Source: Trichodesmium erythraeum IMS101
GTDB lineage: Bacteria > Cyanobacteriota > Cyanobacteriia > Cyanobacteriales > Microcoleaceae
Reading direction: 5' to 3'
Assembly (NCBI RefSeq): GCF_000014265.1
Contig: NC_008312.1
Location: forward strand, 4,980,001-5,012,000
Length of the DNA: 32,000 nucleotides
The translations under genes and the position numbers were made by a program. Under the pieces are notes generated by a model, which was not told where the DNA came from, did no database searches, and worked only from the letters and a program-made list of their open reading frames with translations. This document shows positions 1-9,559 of this stretch, one piece after another; the stretch's first letter is position 1; each line of letters begins with the position of its first letter.

Positions 1-810
1 TTCATCCTTTGTATCCTTATTCAAACTACCATTCGTGACAAAAGGATTATTATCTTGATATGTAAATTCTAAATCATCTATATTTTCTTGATCAAAATCA
101 AACTTTTCTTGCGGGTTTTCTGCTTTTAATTCTAAAGTCTTTTCATCTAAAATTAGTTCTGAGTTTATAACATCTTCTAAGTCTTTAGGATCTAGCTCTA
201 GACCATTCTCATCTAAAATTAGCTCTGAGTTTATAACATCTTCTAAGTCTTTAGGATCTAGTTCTAGACCATTTTCATCTAGAAGTAGTTCTAAATCTAT
301 AGCATTTTCTAAGTTTTTAGGGTTTAGCTCTACACTATTTTTATCTAGAATAAGTTCTGAATCTGTAACATTTTCTAAGTTTTTTAAATCTAGCTCTAAA
401 GCATTTTGATTTGCGAACGCTTCCAAATAACTAGAAACTTCTCCTTCTTTTGAATCTTCATTTTGATCATTATTAATGTTAATATCTTCCAGCATTTCTT
501 CAACATTACTGTAGAGCCCTGGATCCTCTCTGATAAATTGCTCACTATCACTAATACCTTGTTGAGCATACTTAATCAGGTCAATATCGTCACTTAAATC
601 TAAGACTAACTGGTATTGTTCTTTTGCCACATCATACTGATGGAGCCCATAGCAATATATATGACCACAAAGCAGACGAGAAGTAGGATCTTCTGGATAA
701 TCTTGAATTAAGTCATAAACTAAAGCTGCTGCTTGTTCATATTTACCTTCACTGTAAGCATCTTCTACCCTTTGATAATTTTGTAAAAAGTCTGTACTTG
801 ATGATGTCAT
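1..810 (-). CDS. N-terminal 270 codons of a large protein whose 3' end lies beyond the left window edge. It has a TPR-like N-terminus followed by acidic 22-aa tandem repeats. Its position suggests the methyl-accepting chemotaxis protein of the operon (HmpD/PilJ-like).
   Basis: My reverse-complement translation from the ATG at 810..808 stays open for all 270 codons to position 1 (MTSSSTDFLQNYQRVEDAYSEGKYEQAAALVYDLIQDYPEDPTSRLLCGHIYCYGLHQYDVAKEQYQLVLDLSDD...). It is absent from the ORF track because its stop is outside the window. It lies 167 nt downstream of the cheW-like gene on the same strand, the slot the MCP holds in pilG-H-I-J / hmpA-D loci. No MCP signalling domain is visible in the part available, so the identity is positional inference. 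Confidence 0.5.
   Translation of the reverse strand, partial: MTSSSTDFLQNYQRVEDAYSEGKYEQAAALVYDLIQDYPEDPTSRLLCGHIYCYGLHQYDVAKEQYQLVLDLSDDIDLIKYAQQGISDSEQFIREDPGLYSNVEEMLEDININNDQNEDSKEGEVSSYLEAFANQNALELDLKNLENVTDSELILDKNSVELNPKNLENAIDLELLLDENGLELDPKDLEDVINSELILDENGLELDPKDLEDVINSELILDEKTLELKAENPQEKFDFDQENIDDLEFTYQDNNPFVTNGSLNKDTKDE
115..400 (-). repeat. In-frame 66-nt tandem repeat, about 4.3 copies, encoding acidic 22-aa units (consensus LELDPKDLEDVINSELILDENG) inside the partial CDS.
   Basis: The string catctaaaattag recurs at 144, 210, 276 (catctagaagtag) and 342, an exact 66-nt period. Copies 2 and 3 are nearly identical at nucleotide level. Confidence 0.85.
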
Positions 811-977
811 TTGCTGCCCTTCTCTCAAGTTAATAATATTATTTCTATTATTTATTTTTAGTTTTTTAATTTTATCATTGACGCAATTAAGAATTGGGAA
901 TCAGCCTCATTCAGAAATCTTAACATATAAATAACTGAATCAAACAATTATTTTGACTTATCAACTATGACTTTTAT

Positions 978-1496
978 TTAGGCTGCCCATCGAGCCGAGC
1001 GAATAATTGCTTCTTGATCCAATAGCCTAAGAATATGCTCTCCCTTCTCACCAAAGACCCACTCTCCTCGTAAGAAGGGAGCCATGCCATCTGCAACATC
1101 AGTGGACATTTTCAGCTTTTTTTCATCAAGCCACTCCATTCCTACAATCTTGTCAACCGCTAGTCCTAATATAGTGTCTTGGTCTTCTACTGCTATTATT
1201 TTAATCTCAGTTTGATCAGGATTAATTGGAATTTGTTCTCCAAGAAATTGAGCTAAATCAGCAACCCAAATCACTCGCCCTCTTACATTTATTGTACCTA
1301 AAAGTAAGGGCGAGACATTGGGAATAGCTGTAATACCTTCTGGAGATTGATAAATCACTTCTCGAATATCTGTTGCTAATAAAGCAAACTCATTACCCGA
1401 AGGTAAATAAAATCGCAAATGTTGTTCACCTTCAGGATTTTCTAATTCTTGGATCCCTATACCTTGGCTTGGTAAAAAATCTTCATTGCCTATCAT
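978..1496 (-). CDS. hmpC: CheW-like coupling protein (PilI/HmpC-like)
   Basis: 172-aa ORF of CheW size with a CheW-like pattern (..VIYQSPEGITAIPNVSPLLLGTINVRGRVIWVADLAQFLG..). It sits 12 nt downstream of the CheY gene in the same operon. Confidence 0.8.
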   Translation of the reverse strand: MIGNEDFLPSQGIGIQELENPEGEQHLRFYLPSGNEFALLATDIREVIYQSPEGITAIPNVSPLLLGTINVRGRVIWVADLAQFLGEQIPINPDQTEIKIIAVEDQDTILGLAVDKIVGMEWLDEKKLKMSTDVADGMAPFLRGEWVFGEKGEHILRLLDQEAIIRSARWAA

Positions 1497-1508
1497 AGAT
1501 TCTTAAGT

Positions 1509-1874
1509 TTAGCGTCTTAATAATTGCTTAACTGTTCCCACTAGTTCTGTGGGCTGGAATGGTTTAGCAATATAGGCATCTGCCCCTTGTTTTAAGCCCC
1601 AGTAACGATCAAACTCTTCTCCCTTTGAAGAACACATAACTACTGGAATATGCTTAGTTTGAGGATCGGATTTTATTCTCCTACAGACTTCATAACCATT
1701 CATTTTTGGCATCACAATATCTAATACTACTATATCGGGTTTAGTATTTTTTAGTCGCCCCAAAGCTTCTACTCCGTCATTAGCAACGGTAACTGCTAAT
1801 CCACTATTTTTGAGAAGCTGTGATATCATTTCTCTTTGGGTAACGCTATCTTCTACCACTAGAACTTTGCTCAT
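1509..1874 (-). CDS. hmpB: Single-domain CheY-like response regulator (PilH/HmpB-like)
   Basis: 121 aa. Receiver-domain signature: KVLVVEDS acidic pocket, phospho-acceptor context DIVVLDIVMP, and conserved K in YIAKPF. Confidence 0.9.
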   Translation of the reverse strand: MSKVLVVEDSVTQREMISQLLKNSGLAVTVANDGVEALGRLKNTKPDIVVLDIVMPKMNGYEVCRRIKSDPQTKHIPVVMCSSKGEEFDRYWGLKQGADAYIAKPFQPTELVGTVKQLLRR

Positions 1875-2579
1875 TTTTTTTTCCTGATAGCTTTGGCTGG
1901 GATTGATTAATAGTTTAAAGTATAAGTATTTCTTAAGATTTTCCGATTTTTTGATTTTTGGGCTTACCTAAATTAACTTATATCCACCGATGGATATTTT
2001 TATGTTCTTTGTTTGAATGGCCCAGTCAATTTTTATACTTAGTTAGTTTTCTTTCTTTGTCAGGAAAAGAATAAACCTTGAAAGTTATTCTAAGAATCTT
2101 CGTACCTTCCTGCCACAGTAATGGTCCAAATCATACTTACTCATGAAATCAAACATAATTTTCTCGTCAACTTTAAATTTAGTATGCCCATAAACTTCGT
2201 CTATCTTTCTTGATCTTAAAATTATCTATAAGGGTGAGGAGCTGGCCTATTAATCATTATTAAAATAGTAGTTGATAATCTTTATAAATAAAATAATATT
2301 TTTTCTCAACAATTTTCCCTAGATTATTGTCACAGATATGAATAAAACATTTTCAATACTCCTTACTTAGGGTTGGCTGAATAAATATAGAATCCTGATT
2401 ATACATAATTTTGAATAGTAGCTTACCTTGAGGGTATTGTTCAAAAAATACAAAATTAATATTCCCTCACTTGAGATTTTCCCTAACCAGAGTGAGAAAA
2501 ATGCCGAAAAATTAATATACTGTAACTATTGGCCATTTCCCATTCCCTGCACTTACTAATAGGTTTTATTAATCCAACC

Positions 2580-3797
2580 CTATTTATTTTTTGAGTAAAT
2601 TCTGTTATTATCAGGACCTTCTACTAATCCTGGTCCAATATACTTTTCTACTAACATTAGTAATTCATTTTCTCCGAAAGGTTTAGTCAAATAGTGTGTA
2701 GCTCCAACTATTCTGGCCTTAACCCGATCAATAAATCCTTCTATACCAGTTAGCATAATGATAGGTGTTTGGTGAAATGCTGTAGAGTTACGCAACATTG
2801 CGCAAATCTCATAACCACTTAGTTCGGGCATAGCAATATCACATAAAATTAAGTCTGGCTTAATATAAAATACTTCTCCCAACGCCTTGAGGGGATCGCT
2901 CAGACTACTAGCTTCATAACCATGTTGATTTAAGATTGATTTAACTGTTTCCCGAATCACTAAATCATCATCAATACATACTACTTTACAAATTTTGGTT
3001 TCTCGTTCTAATGGCTTTGATTTCTTAATCATGCTTGTTTCTGAAGATTGATCTAGCAGTTGCACTATACCTTTTTGTACGAAAGGATAAATGGCCTTGG
3101 CTACTGTTAATACATCTCTGTTTAGATATCTAGCTATTTGTTGTATAGATGTCTGGCCATCTGACCAATGACTTAAAATATTATATATTCTCGGTTTTAA
3201 TGCTTTCTTTAACTGGGCTGGAACTGAAATTACTGGACACTGTTCAACAGATTGAATATAAGGAGAAAACTGATTCCATTCCTGTATTTGTTTCATAATT
3301 TTTGCCAACAATGACCTAACTTCTAAAGTGGTTAGCTGAGGTGTGAGTGCTGGCCCAAGCTCAAAAATAAATGCTCCTCGGCGAAGACTTAGTAAGTCAA
3401 ATAGAGTTTCATACACCATATTATTAATGATACTACGTCCCTGGGCTGGCGTGAGCAGACCCTTTTCTAGCAAAGCCCATAAGTATCCATACTCGGGAGC
3501 ATTGACAGATGCAACAGAAGGAACCTTAATTGTATCAAGATATCTATCTGCTTTGTAGCGATGTAAATAGTCTTTCAAACGAAATAAACTACCTGCACTT
3601 GGGGTAGCGTAGATAATCTGACCACTGAGAAAAAATACAAACCAAGATGCTTCTTTGGGAAAGTGCTTTTCGGGTTCAGCAATATTACTACTAACTGGTG
3701 AGCTATAAGCCTTAACAAAAAGTTCACCAGTTCGCTGACCTAAGTCTATAAGTTGCAGGATGCTGCGGATATCAATTTCATTTAAATTTCCCTGCAT
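2580..3797 (-). CDS. hmpA: PatA-type response regulator with an N-terminal PATAN/DUF4388-like domain and a C-terminal receiver (PilG/HmpA-like)
   Basis: 405 aa. The N-terminus MQGNLNEIDIRSILQLIDLGQRTGELFV is typical of the PATAN domain. The C-terminal receiver has VVCIDDD, LILCDIAMP and YLTKPF. It is the first gene of the operon, as in pilG/hmpA loci. Confidence 0.85.
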   Translation of the reverse strand: MQGNLNEIDIRSILQLIDLGQRTGELFVKAYSSPVSSNIAEPEKHFPKEASWFVFFLSGQIIYATPSAGSLFRLKDYLHRYKADRYLDTIKVPSVASVNAPEYGYLWALLEKGLLTPAQGRSIINNMVYETLFDLLSLRRGAFIFELGPALTPQLTTLEVRSLLAKIMKQIQEWNQFSPYIQSVEQCPVISVPAQLKKALKPRIYNILSHWSDGQTSIQQIARYLNRDVLTVAKAIYPFVQKGIVQLLDQSSETSMIKKSKPLERETKICKVVCIDDDLVIRETVKSILNQHGYEASSLSDPLKALGEVFYIKPDLILCDIAMPELSGYEICAMLRNSTAFHQTPIIMLTGIEGFIDRVKARIVGATHYLTKPFGENELLMLVEKYIGPGLVEGPDNNRIYSKNK

Positions 3798-4321
3798 GCA
3801 GCTTGTAAAATATAAAAAATATAATCTTTATGAGAAAAAATTTGCAATTTGAGACATGGCAATTATAGCTAATGTCTGATGTACAGTTAAAAGTGAGTCA
3901 TAAGTACTTAATACAAGATATTTACTATTCATACCTTGTATATCATTTCCCCAAAATCTCCTTTCACATTCATATCCCTTTTAGTTTTTTGAAAAATAAC
4001 TAAGTTTTTTCAAAAATGGTAGGATTCCTTAATATATTCAATTTCATTTCAGGAAAAATAATTTTAAATTATATTCTAAGCTTACCATCTGAATTCAAAA
4101 AAAGGTAGCTTAGTAATTTTTTAATTAGAATATTAGTTAAAGGTAGGTATACCAATGTTTAATTAATTTGGTAGCTAGTAATTTTTTTCTTTTAAGTAAA
4201 TTTAAATAATTATTTAGTCTCTAATATTCACAGTAGTATAGTAATTTTCTGGCTTTCGGTGATAACATAATAAATTATGGAAATTAAGCTTTTAGGATAG
4301 AAACCTCAAGAGGATAACGGT

Positions 4322-6061
4322 GTGCTGTATTTAGCAGAAGTACAAAGAAGACCAACTAGTTTTGGTCTTGGTGGTGGTAAAACTGATTTGAAACTGCTGG
4401 CCTGTCAGCGTGGTGAACATAATTGGCTGGCTGTACCTGGGGAAGAAGTTATCCCGGCTGATGAAGCTAAGGAATTTTCCGCTGGTGTATTAGTTATAGT
4501 AGATTTGAATAACAATAAGCAGGTGCTGCAGGTTCAAGATGCTGGGCGTCAGTTAGTGAAAATTCTGCAAAACTTCTCTCGCTCCCAAGAGAGGTCTAAG
4601 ACACAATGGGAAGAAATTGAGCAATGGAAAGTTTCTCTAACTTATCAAGCCCAGGAGCTAAACCGTCGCGAAAATGAATTACAGGCTAAGGAGGAGGAAC
4701 TTGAAGAGCTACAGGCTGAAATCAATAAGCTCGAGGAGCAGCGTCACAAATTTAGTCAAGCTCAACAAGAATCTCAGGAACTTCAGAAACAGATCGAACT
4801 CAGCCGAAAAGAATTGGAAGTTACACGTTTAGAATTACAAAAGCAAAAACATAACCTTGAGCAACATCAAGAAGAATTAGCTGAAAGTGCAATTTATAAT
4901 CCCGAGCAATCTCAATATATTCAAGATTTATTGAGTTGGTTGACTGAGGCGGTAACTTGGACAAATTCTTTGAAAGAAAAGTTAAGTCAATCTTTGGAAA
5001 TAGTTAAGAATCAAAAGAAAACTCTACAACAAAGTAGACAACAGTTGGAAAATACAGCAAATACAGACTATAATCCACAACACGAAGAAATAGATAATCT
5101 GGCTAATCATGTCCAAAGCAAATGGCTAGAATGGCAACAAGTTCAGGAATCTTTGGCTGATCAGACTACGGAATTGAGAGTTCAACAAACTTTATTGGTC
5201 AGTAAGCAAAAGTATAGTCAAATATTAAATGGCCAAATTCAGAGGCAGGCACAACTCTATGATCAACTGAGTTATCTAGTTACAGCATTAGAGAATGATA
5301 GTATTAATCAGAAAGTAGATGTTGAAGCTCTGGAAAAAGTTCCTCTTAATGAGTTAGAGGAATTGGTACAAAGTTTGCGACGAGATTTACAAATAGATAT
5401 GAGTTTTGTTAGAGACCAGGAAGAGGAGTTGGCATTACAAAAGCAAGAGATGGATGCTTTGAAAAGAAGAATTGATCAAGCTAATGAATATGACAGAATT
5501 AACTTGAACTCAGAACTTTTAGAAGAGATAGACCGCTATAGAATTTTAAATGAGTCTTTGGTAGGTTCTCAAAGAAATCTTAAGGAAAGAGAAAAAATAT
5601 TAACTCAGCATCAAGCAGTTCTTTTGGGTAGGTTGGGTAATTCTTCTGATCAAGAAGACTTGAGTCATATCAATATAAAACATATACTATTACAACTTGA
5701 GGCTTACAGGCAGCAATTGATTGAAGAGTTACAAAGGTTAGAGGCTGAAATTCAACAAATACAAACCGAAATTAGCCAAAAAGAAGAAATGATTAATTGC
5801 CAAACTCAACAACAAGTAATTAAAAGAAATCAAATTGATTCGTTAGAGTTGAGTTTAAGGGAAAACAAAAAGGTAAATATAGAGGGTCGAACTGGGGTAT
5901 ATCAAAAAATTATGCTACCTCTAGAAGGTAATTTAGAACAATTGAGACGCCAACTTGAAGAGGCGGTAGGTGGAGTCAATAAAGTAGAAGGTATAGGTGA
6001 ACAAGTGGCTCAGTTACAACAACTGATGCAAAGTGTGGCAAAGTGGGATTTTTCATCATAA
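4322..6061 (+). CDS. hmpF: Coiled-coil pilus motility taxis protein, HmpF-like
   Basis: 579 aa with a GTG start. The N-terminus MLYLAEVQ...KLLACQR...VKILQNFSR matches my memory of the cyanobacteria-specific HmpF family. A long Q/E/L-rich coiled coil follows. It is divergently transcribed from the PatA-type regulator, the arrangement described for hmpF/hmpA in Nostoc punctiforme. Confidence 0.65.
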   Translation: MLYLAEVQRRPTSFGLGGGKTDLKLLACQRGEHNWLAVPGEEVIPADEAKEFSAGVLVIVDLNNNKQVLQVQDAGRQLVKILQNFSRSQERSKTQWEEIEQWKVSLTYQAQELNRRENELQAKEEELEELQAEINKLEEQRHKFSQAQQESQELQKQIELSRKELEVTRLELQKQKHNLEQHQEELAESAIYNPEQSQYIQDLLSWLTEAVTWTNSLKEKLSQSLEIVKNQKKTLQQSRQQLENTANTDYNPQHEEIDNLANHVQSKWLEWQQVQESLADQTTELRVQQTLLVSKQKYSQILNGQIQRQAQLYDQLSYLVTALENDSINQKVDVEALEKVPLNELEELVQSLRRDLQIDMSFVRDQEEELALQKQEMDALKRRIDQANEYDRINLNSELLEEIDRYRILNESLVGSQRNLKEREKILTQHQAVLLGRLGNSSDQEDLSHINIKHILLQLEAYRQQLIEELQRLEAEIQQIQTEISQKEEMINCQTQQQVIKRNQIDSLELSLRENKKVNIEGRTGVYQKIMLPLEGNLEQLRRQLEEAVGGVNKVEGIGEQVAQLQQLMQSVAKWDFSS

Positions 6062-6241
6062 ATTATAACCCCATACATAACATTAGCTAAAATACATCGA
6101 AAATGAGGTATCTATTTATAGGCAATATACTAATAAGTAGAGCAACTGAAATACTGCACCAGAAAATTTTTAACTGCTTTTCAATAATAATGGTAATTTT
6201 AAAAAAGAATTTTGTCGAATTAAATAAGGAGTAGTAGTTAT

Positions 6242-7276
6242 TTATACTAGAATAATCCAGGGGTGTTTAACTTTGGCGATCGCTCCTCCAGGAAAAGGGT
6301 CTGTTTGAGAATGGTTAGGAGCATTAACTAGGGTTGTTAGCTTTTCAATATGACTGAAGTTAGGATTTACAGGTAAAACTTTCTGTAAGATATGTCTCAT
6401 GACTCTACGTTGTAATGCTAGAGGTACTTGAAGTAATACTAAACGATTGATAAAATATTTGACTGGTTGCGATTCAAATTGAGAAAGATTGAAATTATTT
6501 GTATCTATTTTTGTCACCCTTTCTAATAACTGTTCTGTCTCATTTTCAAAATATTTAACTTCAGCACTAAGTATTTCTGCTGTTTTTGCTAATGCTAGTT
6601 CAACTTGAGGATTAAACTGACGTAAAATAGGAAATAATTCCAGACGAATACGATTTCTAGCATAATGCAAATCCTGATTTGTAGAATCTTCCCAAATTCT
6701 GATTTTTTGCTCTTGACAAAAGTTACTTGTTTGGGTGCGAGTAATTTCTAATAGAGGACGTACAAGTAAGGGTAAGAAATTCTCAATTAGGGGACGTTGC
6801 CAAGTTAGAGCTTGTAGGCCTTCAGTTCCACTACCACGAATGAGATTATATAAGAGAGTTTCTGCGCGATCGCTAGCTGTATGGCCAGTTACAATGTATT
6901 GAAAATTAAATTCTAAAGCAATTTTACTCAAAACTTGATAACGCCATTTTCTAGCTTCTGCTTCACTTTTATAAATTTTATCTGCTGTTTCTACATAAGA
7001 TGGAAGTTGCCAATTTATGGCTATTTTTTTGACATAGTTAGCATTAGCTTCTGAGTCAGATCGCCATTTATGGTCACAATGAGCAACTGCTAAATACCAA
7101 CCCCATTTTGATTGTAAATCTAATAATAATTTAGTTAGACATAGAGAATCCTGGCCACCGGATACTGCGATTAATATTCTTTGATTTTTTGGTAATAATT
7201 TTCTTTGACGTAATGTTTGATGTAGTTGGGCATGGAGTGGTGTCCAATTTTGGTGGGAAGATTTATGATATGGCAT
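6242..7276 (-). CDS. tilS: tRNA(Ile)-lysidine synthetase
   Basis: 344 aa. PP-loop ATPase motif ILIAVSGGQDSLCL near the N-terminus and a TilS-like substrate-binding region downstream. Confidence 0.85.
   Translation of the reverse strand: MPYHKSSHQNWTPLHAQLHQTLRQRKLLPKNQRILIAVSGGQDSLCLTKLLLDLQSKWGWYLAVAHCDHKWRSDSEANANYVKKIAINWQLPSYVETADKIYKSEAEARKWRYQVLSKIALEFNFQYIVTGHTASDRAETLLYNLIRGSGTEGLQALTWQRPLIENFLPLLVRPLLEITRTQTSNFCQEQKIRIWEDSTNQDLHYARNRIRLELFPILRQFNPQVELALAKTAEILSAEVKYFENETEQLLERVTKIDTNNFNLSQFESQPVKYFINRLVLLQVPLALQRRVMRHILQKVLPVNPNFSHIEKLTTLVNAPNHSQTDPFPGGAIAKVKHPWIILV
6276..6283. repeat. HIP1 octamer GCGATCGC, the first of 11 perfect copies in the window
   Basis: Copies start at 6276, 6866, 10322, 10754, 14165, 14710, 14876, 21384, 24239, 24708 and 29120. 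A rough hand estimate from about 35% GC predicts around 0.1 copies by chance. Over-representation of HIP1 is a known cyanobacterial signature. Confidence 0.9.
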
Positions 7277-7383
7277 AATTTTAAGGTACTGTTAGCATTT
7301 TTTCCCCTCTATCCGAATTGAATTCCTGGTATTAAAATGTTGTCAAATTCCTTAGACCATATTTGTAACCTAAGCTAAAAGTT

Positions 7384-7458
7384 TTATTTTACCTAGCTTT
7401 TAGTAATTAGATCCTTAGACAGTCTTATCTTACCTAGCTTTTAGTAATTAGATTCTAA
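7384..7458. repeat. Direct repeat of about 33 nt, two copies with a 41-nt period (core ttacctagcttttagtaattagat)
   Basis: The core 24-mer is identical at 7389..7412 and 7430..7453. It lies 110-180 nt upstream of the tilS start. Confidence 0.85.
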
Positions 7459-8285
7459 ATGAACTATAATATCTGAGCAACTTTGAGTATAGTAGGGATT
7501 ATAGCCTATTAATATTTATTTCCATCAACCAATTCTTAAATAAGTTAAGATTAAGATATTTTTTTATGATATAAATTTTTATAATGCCTGAAATTACTTA
7601 ATGTTCATTACCACTACTATATTATCGTCTTAAAAGTAGATTTTTTTTTGCAGTGTTTTTTATTGATAACTCTATTATCAAAAATAAAATATCCTCCCTG
7701 AAATTGAATGATGTCTTGTTTTACATGATATTTTATAATATTAATGTGTTGTTAAAGCTCTGTGTTAGAAGCTCCAATGAACACATTTGTAAATTCAGGA
7801 AATTATATTATAGCTGACATTTTCTAGGTCATTAGATAAATTTAGTTAAAGTACAGTTGTAAAATTTATCAAAAAAAATTTCTACATTTTATTTAGTATA
7901 GAGGTAGGGAAGTATTTTAAGTATGGTTAAAAGTCAATATAACAATAATTAATATCAACTTAGATTAAATCATCAAAAAATTGATTTGGCTTGTATTAAT
8001 TGCTTAATAAATTAAGTTTTACCTAAGTATAACATTACTTGTCATTAACTTTTATTAGTACTGGAGTTTAGACTCTATTTAGAATTTAAAATCCAGTTAT
8101 TATAAAAATTGAGTAAATCTTAGTAAATATGTATCAATTAAAGCTTATGTTTTTCATATAAATTATATAGAGGAACTTAATTATCTATTAAATTGGGATT
8201 TTTTGAGGAATTAATTTAATACTTCGTGAGCAATATTTTTGAATTATTAGGGTATATATATACTTACTTCCTAAGTCATATAAAG

Positions 8286-8864
8286 TTAACTATAACCTCT
8301 TATTTTTCGAGTATTTTCTACTAAGCTTTGAGCGAATTTATCAAAACGTTCTGATAATTTTTCATCTAATATTTTACCGTCATTAGAAAAAGCATTCCTA
8401 GCTTGACCAATAGCTATTTGTTCTGGAATTACCCAAGCATGGACCCATCGCAGAATTAGCCGTAAATGATTGAGGGCATTGGCATTTGATTGACCTCCTA
8501 AAACACTAATAAAACCTGCTACCTTTCCATCTAAATGTTCAAAACTCATTAAGTCAAGGGCATTTTTCATCAAACCACTGACACTGCCATGATATTCTGG
8601 AGTGACTAAAATCAGACCATCAGCTTGCTTGACTATTTGCTGCATTTTGTCAACATCTGGATATTCTGGATACTCATTCCCACCATTACAAAAGGGAAGT
8701 TTAAGAGTCCCCAAATCCAATATTTCTACCTCAGCACCGATGGCTTCTACTCTTTCGGCTACTATTTTTAAAGCTTGCAGGCTTAAGGAACTAGATCTTA
8801 GACTACCACCAATTCCTACAATTTTTACCATTGCATTTAAACTAAAAGATGTTTTCTTAACCAC
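8286..8864 (-). CDS. NADPH-dependent FMN reductase family flavoprotein
   Basis: Family-typical N-terminus MVKIVGIGGSLRSSS and the motif LILVTPEYHGSVSGLMKNALD. The true start is probably the second Met at 8831, because the family normally begins MxKIxGIxGS. Confidence 0.75.
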   Translation of the reverse strand: MVKKTSFSLNAMVKIVGIGGSLRSSSLSLQALKIVAERVEAIGAEVEILDLGTLKLPFCNGGNEYPEYPDVDKMQQIVKQADGLILVTPEYHGSVSGLMKNALDLMSFEHLDGKVAGFISVLGGQSNANALNHLRLILRWVHAWVIPEQIAIGQARNAFSNDGKILDEKLSERFDKFAQSLVENTRKIRGYS

Positions 8865-9559
8865 AAATAGATTGTCCTGATTTGAGGTAATTACACTATA
8901 AGTATTATAATATTAACAATACTCCAACACTGGAGAATCGACAAATTTTAGTGACCGTAAATTGCCCCATCATTCTTGACTCTTGATTTACCTTAACCCG
9001 TCTATCATTAACTTACGATACTTTGAAAAAGGGCTGCCCTGAAGGTGGGTGCTAGGATGGAATAGAATTTATGTGTTTAAAGCAATTGTGATCGGGACAT
9101 ACAATTGATTTTTTCTAGCCTGAGACAAAACCCTCACTTGCTTGAGTATAAATCTATTAGATAGAGGGGAGGGAACTTAACCTAATTTTGGAGAAAGGTG
9201 AATAAGGTCAATGATGACATGTCCTATTCTCGATACAGAAATAATTTTAATTGACAATTTTTTTGAATCAAGGAAACCTTAACCCTGGAAAAATAAAATT
9301 ACCATTAGCATCAGACAAAGGTCTCAAAGTTGTCTGGTAGATTTATTTTCTCCAGAACAGGGAAGGGATTGAAAAATATAGTTGGAGTGGATGTATCTTA
9401 ACGGCGAGTGGTAAGTACAAGATTCTAGTGCGGAATTTATTGCTTCGTGAAACCTACTCTCAAGCTAAAATAAGAAAACAAGTAAACAAACGTTAATTCT
9501 GAAATACGTTATTTATATATAATATACCCAAAACCCAAGATAAAAGGCCACAATTAATT

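Noticed and set aside
3343-3558. Antisense track ORFs inside well-supported genes
   Set aside because: This covers 3343..3558 and also 8602..8880, 18064..18246, 18749..18931, 19424..19630, 21958..22152, 23986..24183, 24953..25177, 26258..26506, 26940..27179 and 28740..28937. All lie opposite genes with clear family signatures and have no recognisable motifs of their own, so they are most parsimoniously non-coding.
9211-9282. 23-codon ORF MMTCPILDTEIILIDNFFESRKP with an upstream GGAG-like motif, reminiscent of a PIN/VapC N-terminus (LDTnvli)
   Set aside because: It is too short, and the downstream frames do not continue a PIN domain convincingly. It may be a toxin relic, but the evidence is insufficient.
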